DNA of 32,000 bases from an uncultured Methanobacteriaceae archaeon (GTDB taxonomy: Archaea > Methanobacteriota > Methanobacteria > Methanobacteriales > Methanobacteriaceae): the NCBI GenBank assembly GCA_963730455.1, contig CAVSRS010000002.1, positions 624,879 through 656,878 of the forward strand. Reading direction: 5' to 3'. The translations under genes were made by a program, and so were the position numbers. The notes under the pieces were generated by a model. It had not been told where the DNA came from. It did no database searches and saw nothing but the letters and a program-made list of their open reading frames with translations. Positions 1 to 9,865 of the stretch are shown here, piece after piece (position 1 is the stretch's first letter; every line of letters starts with the position of its first letter).

Positions 1-260
1 TTGCCCCATCTGCTGGTAATAGCCAGCCCTGGTTTTTTACTGAAGATAAAAATATGATCCATGCTTATATCAATAAACCCAGCTTCATCAGAGGACTTCT
101 ACTCAAAAAATACATCGCTTTAGATGTTGGGATTGCCCTGTATCATTTAAAACTAGCTGCAGAACATTATGGCAAGGAAACCCAAATAGCATTTGGTAAA
201 ACCGCGCCTGATTACTCTAGTAAGGGATATGAATATATTGCGAGTTTGATTCAAAATTAA
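1..260 (+). CDS. nitroreductase-family protein, 3' part (gene starts upstream of the window)
   Basis: Frame 3 is open from base 3 and reads APSAGNSQPWFFTEDKNMIH, the P-S-A-x-N-x-Q-P-W signature of the nitroreductase fold. It runs into the listed 54..260 ORF (LDVGIALYHLKLAAEHYG). Stop at 258-260. Confidence 0.7.
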   Translation, partial: APSAGNSQPWFFTEDKNMIHAYINKPSFIRGLLLKKYIALDVGIALYHLKLAAEHYGKETQIAFGKTAPDYSSKGYEYIASLIQN

Positions 261-334
261 ATAAAGGAATTTTTTAATGAATTATAAATAAAGTATATTT
301 TGTAATTATTTAATAAAAATCTGGGTGTAAATTT

Positions 335-901
335 ATGAAAATAATGGTTATAACGAGTAGTCCTAATAAAGATGGTTTGACTGAAAGTTGTGGTGCAGCT
401 GCTAAAAGAGGGATTGAAAAAGGAAATGGCGAAGCAATAATGATTCGTTTGAATGATTTAAATATTCTTCCATGCGAAGTATGTGCTCAGGGTTGGGGAA
501 TCTGCCATGAAAAGGATAAATGTAAATTGGAGGATGATTTCGAGAAGGTGCATGAAGCAATAGGTGAAGTTGACGGTTTTATTGTTGTTACACCTGTTTA
601 TTTTGGAGACATGAGTGAATCAGCCAAAATATTCTTTGATAGGTTAAGAAGGTGTGAAGCGAATTTATTAAATCCTGAAATAAATAAGATAAAAAATAAA
701 CCGTTTATGTGTGTAGCAGCTGCAGCTCATAGTAATTCTCTTTCATGTTTGACTAATATGGAAAGATTATTCTTTCACTTGAATAAATTGGACTATATGT
801 ATATAGCGAAATTCGATTATATTGGCATCAATTTGAGGAATAAAGAATATATGCTCGATGCTATAGAAGCTGGCGCTTTAAAAATGGTTAGTGGAGAATA
901 A
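335..901 (+). CDS. flavodoxin-like NAD(P)H-dependent FMN reductase family protein (iron-sulfur flavoprotein-like)
   Basis: MKIMVITSSPNKDGLT at the N-terminus and VTPVYFGDMSESAKIFFDR match the flavodoxin-like FMN reductase pattern. The compact Cys motif LPCEVCAQGWGICHEKDKC resembles methanogen iron-sulfur flavoproteins. Confidence 0.75.
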   Translation: MKIMVITSSPNKDGLTESCGAAAKRGIEKGNGEAIMIRLNDLNILPCEVCAQGWGICHEKDKCKLEDDFEKVHEAIGEVDGFIVVTPVYFGDMSESAKIFFDRLRRCEANLLNPEINKIKNKPFMCVAAAAHSNSLSCLTNMERLFFHLNKLDYMYIAKFDYIGINLRNKEYMLDAIEAGALKMVSGE

Positions 902-1154
902 TTTGATTCATTAAATTTTTTTTAAAAATCTGATTAATATTTAATTGTAGATTAGTATTAAATTAAGGATTGGATGTGCTAATCATAGACATTACCTATA
1001 AAATTGAATTATATTTTATTCAAATTTAAAAATACCCCAAAAAAAATATATACTATACTTTGGAAAATTCGAATTATAAATACTTTAAATTTTTTATACA
1101 AATTTACTATAATGGACCTGAATATTCCTGCACAATTTAATTAGGAGGTAAAAA

Positions 1155-1358
1155 TTGTTAAGTAAAGATAATATATTCTGGTTCACATTTTATGTAGCAC
1201 CTACACCACTAGGAATAATTCTAGCTTTATCACCAATTAGTAAATGGTTAGTGGTCCATGCCCCCGGATTCCCTGTTGCATTATGGGGTTTTATATTAAC
1301 TGTAATGATTTTATGGCTTCCATTCTGGTTATTATTCAGTCTAAAAGACGGATGGTAA
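1155..1358 (+). CDS. small hydrophobic membrane protein, unknown function
   Basis: 67-codon ORF with TTG start 5 nt after a strong GGAGGT Shine-Dalgarno (1144-1149). Two predicted hydrophobic helices. No recognisable family. Confidence 0.5.
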   Translation: MLSKDNIFWFTFYVAPTPLGIILALSPISKWLVVHAPGFPVALWGFILTVMILWLPFWLLFSLKDGW

Positions 1359-1685
1359 ATAAGATATATTTTTATAATAGGAAACTTTATAATAGTTTTT
1401 GTTTTATGGATAAAACAAAAAAATCCAAATTCAATATTTTTTTTTATACAGTCTATTAGAAGTTTATTTTTAGTAATTCTAATAATAAAGATTAGTCAAT
1501 TCTTTTTTTGTAATCTATAATCTTTAATCCTTTACAATTTTTATTAATTTTTAATTGTATTTATCATTAAATAATCTATAATAAATTCACTTCATCCTTT
1601 CTATCTAATTTTAGAGCATAAATAGAAAAAATCATATTTAATTAAGGATAATATATTATTATAAGTAAATGAGAGGAAAAATAAA

Positions 1686-2348
1686 ATGAAAATGCAACGG
1701 GGAAGTATATTCAGACCGGAACATGATTATTATAAAATGGCAGGGATTGTAATGATGATCGGCTGCTTTCAATTTATTTTAGCAGTTAACTTAGCAGAAA
1801 CACAGTTTCCAGGGTTCAGTTTTGCAAAAAATACAATCAATGGATTAGGTAGTTCAACACCCTTAATAGAACCTTCAGCTATCATATTTAACCTCAGCAT
1901 TATAATATTGGGTATTCTATTTTTAATTGCAGTTTATTTGATTCTCAAAAGTGGTGGTTGTCGATTATTCTCATCATGCTTAGGTATAAGTGCCATATTT
2001 GCAATTGGTGTTGGAATATTCATGCAATACACTGGAAGCGCGCAAATACTTTATACATTAACCTTCCTCTTTGGTAGTTTAGCGGTGTTATTCAGTTATC
2101 GGTTAGGACTTAACATCCCCATGGTTATAATATCTTTTATATTGGGATTAACAGCCTTATTAACCTTATTATTACAATTAATTCTAGGTGACGTATCTAG
2201 TAACTTCTTAGTAACATATTTAAGTGTAGGTGGCGCTCAAATTTTGATATTATATCCTATCATATTCTATCTTACAGCTTTAGGCGGTTACCTCACCAGT
2301 AGAGGAGAAGATTGGGTTAGAATAAGATTTACTAAAGGTTACTGGTAA
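1686..2348 (+). CDS. polytopic membrane protein (possibly DUF998-like)
   Basis: 220-aa ORF with about six hydrophobic segments and a GAGAGG-like RBS upstream. The DUF998 assignment comes from the general look of the sequence only. Confidence 0.55.
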   Translation: MKMQRGSIFRPEHDYYKMAGIVMMIGCFQFILAVNLAETQFPGFSFAKNTINGLGSSTPLIEPSAIIFNLSIIILGILFLIAVYLILKSGGCRLFSSCLGISAIFAIGVGIFMQYTGSAQILYTLTFLFGSLAVLFSYRLGLNIPMVIISFILGLTALLTLLLQLILGDVSSNFLVTYLSVGGAQILILYPIIFYLTALGGYLTSRGEDWVRIRFTKGYW

Positions 2349-2369
2349 AAAAAAATATTTTTCATTAAT

Positions 2370-5300
2370 TTATTTAGGAATAGTAAAGTAAAATTTAGAT
2401 CCTCTACCAAGTTCAGATTCAACCCATATTCGTCCACTATGTCTTTCTATTATTCTTTTAGTAATAGCTAAACCTATTCCTGTTCCTTTATACTCATCAT
2501 TTGTATGTAAGCGTTTAAATATCTGAAAGACTTGATCAGAATATTTAGAATCTATTCCAATACCATTATCCTCTACATTAAATATCCATTGATTATCTTT
2601 TTCTTGCGCTGAAATATGGATTTTAGGAGTTTTATCACTGCGATACTTAATAGAATTTCCTATAAGATTCTGTAATAATTGAATCATCTGTGAATAATCA
2701 GCTCTGATAATTGGAAGAGAATCATGAGTGATAATTGCATTATTCTCTTCTATAGATATTTTTAGATTCATTAAAGCTTGCTCTAAAGCTTCTTCCATTT
2801 TAATATCTTTCAATTCATTACCCTTTGTAGTGACACGGGAGTAGGCTAAAAGATCTTGTATTAATTCTTGCATCCTTTTTGCCCCGTCGACAGCAAAATT
2901 GATAAATTCATCAGCATCTGAATCCAATTGACCACTATAACGCATTTGTAGAAGCTGTAAAAAACTACTAATCATCCGTAATGGTTCCTGTAAATCATGG
3001 CTAGCCACATAAGCAAATTGTTCCAATTCTGAATTTGATCTTTTAAGTTTAATTAAAGTCTCTTGAAGTTCATCTTCCATCATTTTACGATGACTAATAT
3101 CGCGAGCAATAGTTGAAGCACCGATAATTAATCCATCACTATTAATTATAGGTGATACGGTTATGGATACATCTATTATTTTACCATCCTTAGTTAATCG
3201 TTTAGTCTCATGATTAAAAACTTTTATATCTCTTCTAATGTTCTCCAGCATTAAACTGGTATCATCAGGATAATTTTCCGGTATTAGTAAACTGATATTT
3301 CTACCTATAGCTTCATTTGCAGAATAACCGTATATTTTTTCGGCGCCATTATTCCAACTAGTAATTATTCCATCAAGATCTTTACCAATAATTGCATCAT
3401 CAGAGTTTTCTACAATAGATGCCAGGTCAGAACTAGCTTTTTCAGCATTTTTTCGTTCAGTAATATCTACATGATGCCATAATCTACCGAATGATATTTT
3501 ATCTACGAATATTGGAATGAAATCTCGAATTACAGTCCTATCATTCCGTAATGCGACTTCTTCTCCTTTTACAGGTTGTCCCAGATTAACTATTTCATTT
3601 ATACGTATAAACGCATCTTTAGGGTGCAGATAAACATTTTGGATTTTTCCTATAATTTCATCCGCATTCAATCCTATTAATTTTTGAGGTGATTCATCCA
3701 AATTGAATAAGTCACAAAACGCTTGATTAACGAATTCAATCCGATTTTTGTCAGTGACTAGTAAAATAGCCCCATACATGCTTGAAAGGATAGTGTAAAA
3801 CCGTAACAGGGTATTTTGTAATATTTCTTCAGCTTTTTTACGTTCAGTGATATCCTCAAATATAGTAGCGAATTTACTTTTACTAGGAGAAATAACTGAA
3901 ATATGGAATGTTTTATCCATAGGTTCGAAATATGTTTCAAATTCGGTTGGTTCACCATTTTCAGCGACAGGAGCATAAAATTCTAGATAAGGAGGGGTTC
4001 CTGTGCCATAAAGTATTGAAGCTTTCATTCCTACAACTTCACTTCTATTCAAACCAATGATCTTTTCATAAGCAGGATTAATATCTAATATTCTATAATC
4101 AACCGCTTCCTGATTCTGATTATAAATGATTTCATGAAGTGCTACCCCTTCACGCATGGAAGAATATAATGAATGATATTTTTCTTCACTATTTCTAATT
4201 TCATTAAACAATGTTGCATTTTCTATTGCTTGAGATAAATAAAAAGCTAGTTTATTAGCGAAGTCAATTTCCGCTTCACTGAATATAACCGATTTTTGAT
4301 GATGGTAAAATGCGATGATTCCTTTAACTTCATCTTTCAATATAATTGGAGCTACTAAGAGTGAAGCAACTCCATGTAATTTCATTCCATTTTTATTAAC
4401 TCGAGAATCGTTCGGTGCATTATTGAATGCAACTGCCTCCTTCTTATTCTCTACATACACTGATGTGGGTGATTCCTTATTAGATCTTTTTTGGCCGATA
4501 ATATTATCTGGAAAGTTATAAGCGAATTTGACAATCCAATTATCCCCCTCCCGCATATTGATAACTGATGATTCCACATTTAATGCTTTAGCCCCTAAAT
4601 CCATAATCAACTGCATAATTTCATCATATTCAAGGGTGGAATTAATATAAGCATTCACCTTATTCAAAGCATCATTAAGCATCTCTTTTTCCCGGTTTTC
4701 GGTGATATCTTGATTTATTCCCACCATTAATCTAGGATTTCCATTTTCATCGAAATCTGTAACTTCAGCTACAGTTTTTAGTGTATGATTTGAGCCATCC
4801 GCTGAAATTATGCGAAAATCAAAGTCGACAGATTTGCCTTCCGATACTATTTGATTTATAATATTATCTACTTTTTCCTGGTCATCTGGATGAATATAAT
4901 CAGCAAATGAATTGATAGTAGGAGTAAAAGTTTTTGGATCTACACCATAAATGGAATATAATTCATTTGACCATGTTATTTCATCCGTTTGAATGTTCCA
5001 TTCCCAACTGCCAATATGAGCTATGCGTTGCGCTTCAGCTAGACTGATTTCGCTCTCCTTCAACGCTGCTTCTATCTGCTTACGTTCAGTAATATCTTCA
5101 AATGTGGTATAAACTTGAAACGGTTTATCCTCCCATCTCCTGAATTCTGGAACTGCATTGATATTCAACCAGATGTAATCATTTTTTAAAGGATTTTTTA
5201 CTCCCATTATAATATTTTTCACTTCTTTACCTGTTTTTAAAGCAACCATCGCCGGATGTTCTTCTCCTGGAAAAGGTGTTCCATCTCCATGTATAGCTTG

Positions 5301-6068
5301 CCATAATACATCCTTTGAAGTTCTATATTCAAGTATATCAAAAGAATAACCTAATATTTTCTCTGCTGCAGGATTCATTGAAATTATATGACCTTCAGCA
5401 TTATGGTAAACAACACCTTGAACCATAGTTTCAAAAAGGTTTTCATATTTCTTCTCACTAATACGCAATGCCTGATTAAGACTTATTAAATTATCCCTCT
5501 GATGCTGAAGCTCTTCATTAGATATCCTCAATTCATCAGTTGTAGACTGTAACTCCTCATTAGAAACTTTTAACTCTTCATTTACTTGTTGTAATTGCTC
5601 CAGTAATTCTTGAGTTTTATCTTCAGATTTTTTACGTTCAGTTACGTTAGTGATGAATGAATAATAATATTTAGTAGTGTCATTCTCATTTCTCATTATA
5701 TGCACTAATAATTCAATGGGTACTCGGCTACAATTCTTTCTTAGATATTCTTTTTCATACCTAATTGGTTGACCTGTACGTTGAAGTTCTTCCAGTTTTT
5801 CTTGTTCCATATCCCGGAATTCAGGTGGAGTGAGATGCTCTGACCAATCCATATTTTTAAGTTCTTCCTTAGTATAACCAGTAAGCTCCTCAAATGCATG
5901 ATTAACTAATCCTAAACTCCCATCAGGATACCATACACTGAATGGTTGAGAAGAATATTCTATTATGTTTGAAAGGAAATGTTCACGTTTTTTACTCTTC
6001 TGTAATTCCTCTACTTTTTTGTGAAGCTCCTCTTGAACTTCATCAATCATTTCATTAGATTTAACCAT
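2370..6068 (-). CDS. multi-PAS/GAF sensor histidine kinase (1232 aa, cytoplasmic)
   Basis: H-box [16 protein letters not shown]-box NLIGNSIKYR, G1 VEDNGIGID and G2 GTGIGLAI are present. At least six PAS/PAC boundaries carry D-I-T-E-R-K-type motifs. There is a GAF-like block (NSTLEYDEIMQLIMDLGAKAL...IIAFYHH) and an NEELQS heptad segment after the first PAS. The frame is intact over 3.7 kb. Confidence 0.92.
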   Translation of the reverse strand: MVKSNEMIDEVQEELHKKVEELQKSKKREHFLSNIIEYSSQPFSVWYPDGSLGLVNHAFEELTGYTKEELKNMDWSEHLTPPEFRDMEQEKLEELQRTGQPIRYEKEYLRKNCSRVPIELLVHIMRNENDTTKYYYSFITNVTERKKSEDKTQELLEQLQQVNEELKVSNEELQSTTDELRISNEELQHQRDNLISLNQALRISEKKYENLFETMVQGVVYHNAEGHIISMNPAAEKILGYSFDILEYRTSKDVLWQAIHGDGTPFPGEEHPAMVALKTGKEVKNIIMGVKNPLKNDYIWLNINAVPEFRRWEDKPFQVYTTFEDITERKQIEAALKESEISLAEAQRIAHIGSWEWNIQTDEITWSNELYSIYGVDPKTFTPTINSFADYIHPDDQEKVDNIINQIVSEGKSVDFDFRIISADGSNHTLKTVAEVTDFDENGNPRLMVGINQDITENREKEMLNDALNKVNAYINSTLEYDEIMQLIMDLGAKALNVESSVINMREGDNWIVKFAYNFPDNIIGQKRSNKESPTSVYVENKKEAVAFNNAPNDSRVNKNGMKLHGVASLLVAPIILKDEVKGIIAFYHHQKSVIFSEAEIDFANKLAFYLSQAIENATLFNEIRNSEEKYHSLYSSMREGVALHEIIYNQNQEAVDYRILDINPAYEKIIGLNRSEVVGMKASILYGTGTPPYLEFYAPVAENGEPTEFETYFEPMDKTFHISVISPSKSKFATIFEDITERKKAEEILQNTLLRFYTILSSMYGAILLVTDKNRIEFVNQAFCDLFNLDESPQKLIGLNADEIIGKIQNVYLHPKDAFIRINEIVNLGQPVKGEEVALRNDRTVIRDFIPIFVDKISFGRLWHHVDITERKNAEKASSDLASIVENSDDAIIGKDLDGIITSWNNGAEKIYGYSANEAIGRNISLLIPENYPDDTSLMLENIRRDIKVFNHETKRLTKDGKIIDVSITVSPIINSDGLIIGASTIARDISHRKMMEDELQETLIKLKRSNSELEQFAYVASHDLQEPLRMISSFLQLLQMRYSGQLDSDADEFINFAVDGAKRMQELIQDLLAYSRVTTKGNELKDIKMEEALEQALMNLKISIEENNAIITHDSLPIIRADYSQMIQLLQNLIGNSIKYRSDKTPKIHISAQEKDNQWIFNVEDNGIGIDSKYSDQVFQIFKRLHTNDEYKGTGIGLAITKRIIERHSGRIWVESELGRGSKFYFTIPK

Positions 6069-6264
6069 AAATATAATTCCTTAAGTATTCATTCAGATTA
6101 AAATAACATATATCAATAAGTCTTATCTTGTTTATTAATTTAATGAATATTTATTTATCAAATAAGTAAAAAATTAATAATAACCGACTAGTTGGAATCA
6201 ATAGAGTTTTTATAATAATATTAATATTAAACGTATCCAAAATAAAAAAAAATAGTGTATTATT

Positions 6265-7035
6265 ATGCAAAGTAAAAAAAATTTGAGTTCTAATAAATCA
6301 TTGACAGTTATTCCTGCACTTGATATAAAAAATGGTAAATGTGTACAGTTAATCCAGGGTAAACCCGGGACTGAGCAGATAATTATTGATAACCCTGTGG
6401 AAGTTGCCTTAAACTGGCAGGAGAAAGGTGCAAAAAATTTGCACCTCATAGATTTAGACGGAGCATTTGGAGATAAACGTCGAAATCAAAGTGTAATTGC
6501 TGAAATTATAAAAGAAGTATCCATTCCCATACAATTGGGTGGTGGAATAAGAAGTAAAGAAGATGCAAGTGCATTACTAGAAATGGGTGTTGACCGAATA
6601 ATTATGGGCACTATGGCTATAAAGAATCCCTTAATTGTACAAGAACTCGTAAATGAATTTAATTCCAATAGAATCATGGTAGCACTTGATAGTAAAGATT
6701 CCCAAGTAGTAATTAAAGGCTGGACTGAAAAAATAAGTAAAACAGCCTCCCAATTAGGTAAATTAATGGAAGAACATGATGCTGGATATATACTATTCAC
6801 AAATGTGGATGTGGAAGGTCTTTTGGAAGGATTTGAATTAAAACCACTCATTGAACTATTAAATAACGTTAATATACCAGTCATATATTCCGGTGGGATA
6901 TCAACCATCAAAGACTTAGAAAAACTATCAACCACTAATGTTTACGGAGTAGTTATCGGTTCCGCACTTTATAAAGGTAAAATAAAATTTGAGGAACACT
7001 CACATATTCAAGGAAAAAATAAATTGTTTTTATAA
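6265..7035 (+). CDS. hisA: ProFAR isomerase HisA (histidine biosynthesis)
   Basis: [39 protein letters not shown] and YSGGIS...GVVIGSALY are the HisA/HisF (beta-alpha)8 phosphate-binding motifs. The DLDGA version is typical of HisA. Confidence 0.9.
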   Translation: MQSKKNLSSNKSLTVIPALDIKNGKCVQLIQGKPGTEQIIIDNPVEVALNWQEKGAKNLHLIDLDGAFGDKRRNQSVIAEIIKEVSIPIQLGGGIRSKEDASALLEMGVDRIIMGTMAIKNPLIVQELVNEFNSNRIMVALDSKDSQVVIKGWTEKISKTASQLGKLMEEHDAGYILFTNVDVEGLLEGFELKPLIELLNNVNIPVIYSGGISTIKDLEKLSTTNVYGVVIGSALYKGKIKFEEHSHIQGKNKLFL

Positions 7036-7050
7036 ATTATATAATAAATT

Positions 7051-8293
7051 TTAATTTAAGTAATTAAAACCATGTAATATAACTTCATTTTCAGCTAAAT
7101 CTATTATTTTCCGCATTTTAAGAATCTGATCTGGATTAGTGGAGATGGAATTAATATTCCAATGAACCAACTGCTTAACAATACTTGGATCAGAGGCAGC
7201 GTAACCTGTAATACAACTTTCTATACCTGCCTGGTTACATTTACTATGATCATTTTTACCATAATTTTTACAGCAGGATGCATTAACTGAAGTGCTTAGC
7301 TACATTCACTCCGCGACGATCCACAGCTAACGTGCACATAGTTAAATCACTCATACCAATTGTTACAAAATCTATTCCCTCCTTCAGAAATTCTTCAAAA
7401 GTGTAAACAACTGAAGGAGTTTCCACTGAAACACCAACTGAAAGATCTTTATGTGGTTTAATGCCAACAGTTGTCATGATCTTTTTAGCTGCCTTATACT
7501 CCGTTATATCCCTTATAAAAGGTATTTTGATCATTAAATTATTATAACCTTCATTTAAAAGATTCTGAACTGCTTTAAATTGTCCTTTAAGTATTTCAGG
7601 ATTTTTAAGATCTTTATGTATACCCCTCAAACCAAGGAGAGGATTCAACTCGTCTGGTTCATTCTCACCACCCTTTAATCGTTTTAATTCATCCGTAGGT
7701 ATATCAAAGGTTCTGAAATACACTGGTTTAGGGTAAAATGCATCTACAATCTTACGCACACCATCAGTTATCACAGTTGTTAACATGTCTTCTTCTAAAA
7801 GAACTTGAGGATGTTTACCTGTGCGAATAATTATATTCTCAATTCTAACAGAGCCTACACCATCAGCATAAGGAGCAACCTTTTCAGCTATCTCTGGCAC
7901 ATCTAAATTAACTTTAACGTTAATGAAAGGATTATATAATTCTTGAATCTCGATTTTCTCTTCGAATTCTATAAATCCCTCATATATGTTACCAGTATTA
8001 CCATCAACAGTTACAACTTCACCATCATTAAGAATGATGGTTGCTTTACCAGTTCCCACTACACACGGAACTCCGAATTCCCGAAGTACTATGGCTACAT
8101 GACTGGTGATACCCCCATAATCCGTTACTACACCAGCAGCGTTTTGTAAGTGGGATAACATATCACGGGATGCCTTAGAAACAACGACTATTTCTCCCCC
8201 ATGTAATTTAAGGAGATCATCCTGAGTTTCGACCTTTTTAACTTTTCCCACGCCGATATAAGGGTTAGTGCCAATTCCTTTAACTAAAATCAT
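7051..8293 (-). pseudogene. PEP-utilising enzyme (mobile His domain plus PEP-binding TIM barrel, no N-terminal ATP-grasp domain), frame-disrupted near the 3' end
   Basis: GGITSHVAIVLREFGVPCVVG is the phospho-histidine swivel motif. A TIM-barrel part follows (LGLRG, GVSVETP, IGMSDLT, DR..N.VA). After the annotated stop at 7283 the homology continues in a second frame (LMHPAVKIMVKMIIVN), then in a third (AGIESCITGYAASDPSIVKQLVHWNINSISTNPDQILKMRKIIDLAENE) to a stop at 7051-7053. Confidence 0.75.
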
Positions 8294-8407
8294 GTTAATA
8301 TTAATTTATTTCTTTTTATAGAAATATTTTAATATTCTATTTTATAACTTAGAATTTTTTATTTAAGAATATAATTTTAAATACATCTTAAATCAAGGAT
8401 AATAGAT

Positions 8408-9865
8408 ATGGGACTATCACGAACGTTAAGATGCAGAACCGCTGAATCAGCTGGTAAATTATCTAAACATTTAATAAAACTGGGAAGTGGAATGGGTAAG
8501 AGTTACCCGGGTTATCTATTTCTAAAGTTAGGATCACTCAATTGTGTAAATTATTTAGCAAAGAAACTGGGAATCGGCTCTATAATTATCACTGGAACCA
8601 ATGGAAAAACCACAACCACTAAAATGACTATTCTACTACTCGCTAAGGATGCTGAATTAACTTATAATTATGAAAGTAACACTATAAATGCTATAGTAAC
8701 TGGTCTTTTAACAAGTAAAGTAGATTTAGGAGTGTTTGAATATGGTATAAGAGATATAGAACATGCCATCCCTGACACGGTATGTAAAATAGTTGATCCC
8801 GTAGGAGTAGTTTACACTAATATTTCCAGGGAACATTCACAGGTTTCAGGTCGGAAAAACCCATTTAAAGAATATTTAAAGGCTAAACAATTACTTTCAA
8901 CACCTATGAAAAGAGGTGTAGTCATTTGCAATGCAGATGACCCTAGAACCACTTACATTGGTAAAAATAAAGAACAAGATACTAAAGTAACTTATTATGG
9001 TTTGGATATAGATTTAGAGGATAAAACACCCTTAACAGGTGATGTTTTCTGCCCTATTTGCGAGGGAAATCTAGTATATAGTAAAAGATATTTAAATCAT
9101 CGTGGAATCTATGAATGTATTAATTGTGGTTTCAATCGACCCGAACCAGACATTAAACTCAGTAAACTCATACTTGAACATGATATATGGTGGGTGAATT
9201 TAAATGGAGAGATTTATAATTATTCCACAGATAGGAATCTATCCATTGATTTAAAAGTTCCATTACCCGCTTTTGGTATTCATAATCTTTATAATCTACT
9301 CAGTGCTGTAACTACCTATATTTCATTCACCCCTCAAACTGAGAATATAAAAAGAACTATTAATGAAACATGTGCATCATTAGATCTTAGTATTTTACCT
9401 CCAGGTCGATTTGAAATATTTAAAGTAAAAGATAAATGGATAGGTATGGGTCAAGGTGACAATGGAGATGCATTAAAAGCGAATATACAATTTATGGAGA
9501 GTTACCTCGGTGATGAAATAAATGGAAATACTGCATTTATTTATACCACTCCGGATGAAGGGGAAGATGAAATATTCGAGGATCATTATAGTTCATTAAG
9601 TTCATTTAAACCAGTAATGGTTCATGTGATACCTGGAAGAGAATCCATAGAAGCAGCTAAAAATTACTATGAAATAATAAAGGAATCCCTCCCCGCTGAT
9701 TTTTATCCCTTATCATATGAAGAAATGGATGAAAGAATAGATAAAATCCGCGAACTTGTAAAAGAATCATCCCATAAATATATTATTGTCTCTGGATGCG
9801 GGCCTGAAGATTACATGTGGGGTAATTTAAAATTACGTTGCAAATCTCAAAAGAAACGTAGCTAA
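8408..9865 (+). CDS. MurT-like Mur ligase family protein (candidate pseudomurein peptide-modifying ligase)
   Basis: P-loop ITGTNGKTTTT of the Mur ligase central domain. Four-Cys ribbon FCPICEGNLVYSKRYLNHRGIYECINCGFNRPEPD sits where MurT has C-P-x-C...C-x-x-C-G-F-x-R. The overall length and an N-terminal segment ahead of the P-loop (GKSYPGYLFLKL) are consistent with MurT. Confidence 0.8.
   Translation: MGLSRTLRCRTAESAGKLSKHLIKLGSGMGKSYPGYLFLKLGSLNCVNYLAKKLGIGSIIITGTNGKTTTTKMTILLLAKDAELTYNYESNTINAIVTGLLTSKVDLGVFEYGIRDIEHAIPDTVCKIVDPVGVVYTNISREHSQVSGRKNPFKEYLKAKQLLSTPMKRGVVICNADDPRTTYIGKNKEQDTKVTYYGLDIDLEDKTPLTGDVFCPICEGNLVYSKRYLNHRGIYECINCGFNRPEPDIKLSKLILEHDIWWVNLNGEIYNYSTDRNLSIDLKVPLPAFGIHNLYNLLSAVTTYISFTPQTENIKRTINETCASLDLSILPPGRFEIFKVKDKWIGMGQGDNGDALKANIQFMESYLGDEINGNTAFIYTTPDEGEDEIFEDHYSSLSSFKPVMVHVIPGRESIEAAKNYYEIIKESLPADFYPLSYEEMDERIDKIRELVKESSHKYIIVSGCGPEDYMWGNLKLRCKSQKKRS

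Noticed and set aside
1244-1459. 71-aa ORF overlapping the small membrane-protein gene
   Set aside because: It has no RBS, overlaps an ORF that has a strong GGAGGT RBS, and its tail runs through an A/T homopolymer spacer.
3758-4521. ORFs 3758..3976 (-) and 4315..4521 (+) inside the large kinase gene
   Set aside because: They lie out of frame or antisense within a 1232-aa ORF with clear domain homology. The peptides are low-complexity with no recognisable motifs, so they are shadow ORFs.
6150-6170. Near-palindrome CCGACTAGTTGG in the kinase/hisA divergent spacer
   Set aside because: It occurs once, is only 12 nt long, has two mismatches and has no second copy. That is not enough to call an operator.
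6210-6935. ORFs 6210..6449 (-) and 6486..6935 (-) opposite hisA
   Set aside because: They are antisense to a well-supported HisA reading frame. Their Ser/Ile-rich translations are typical of reverse-frame artefacts in AT-rich DNA.
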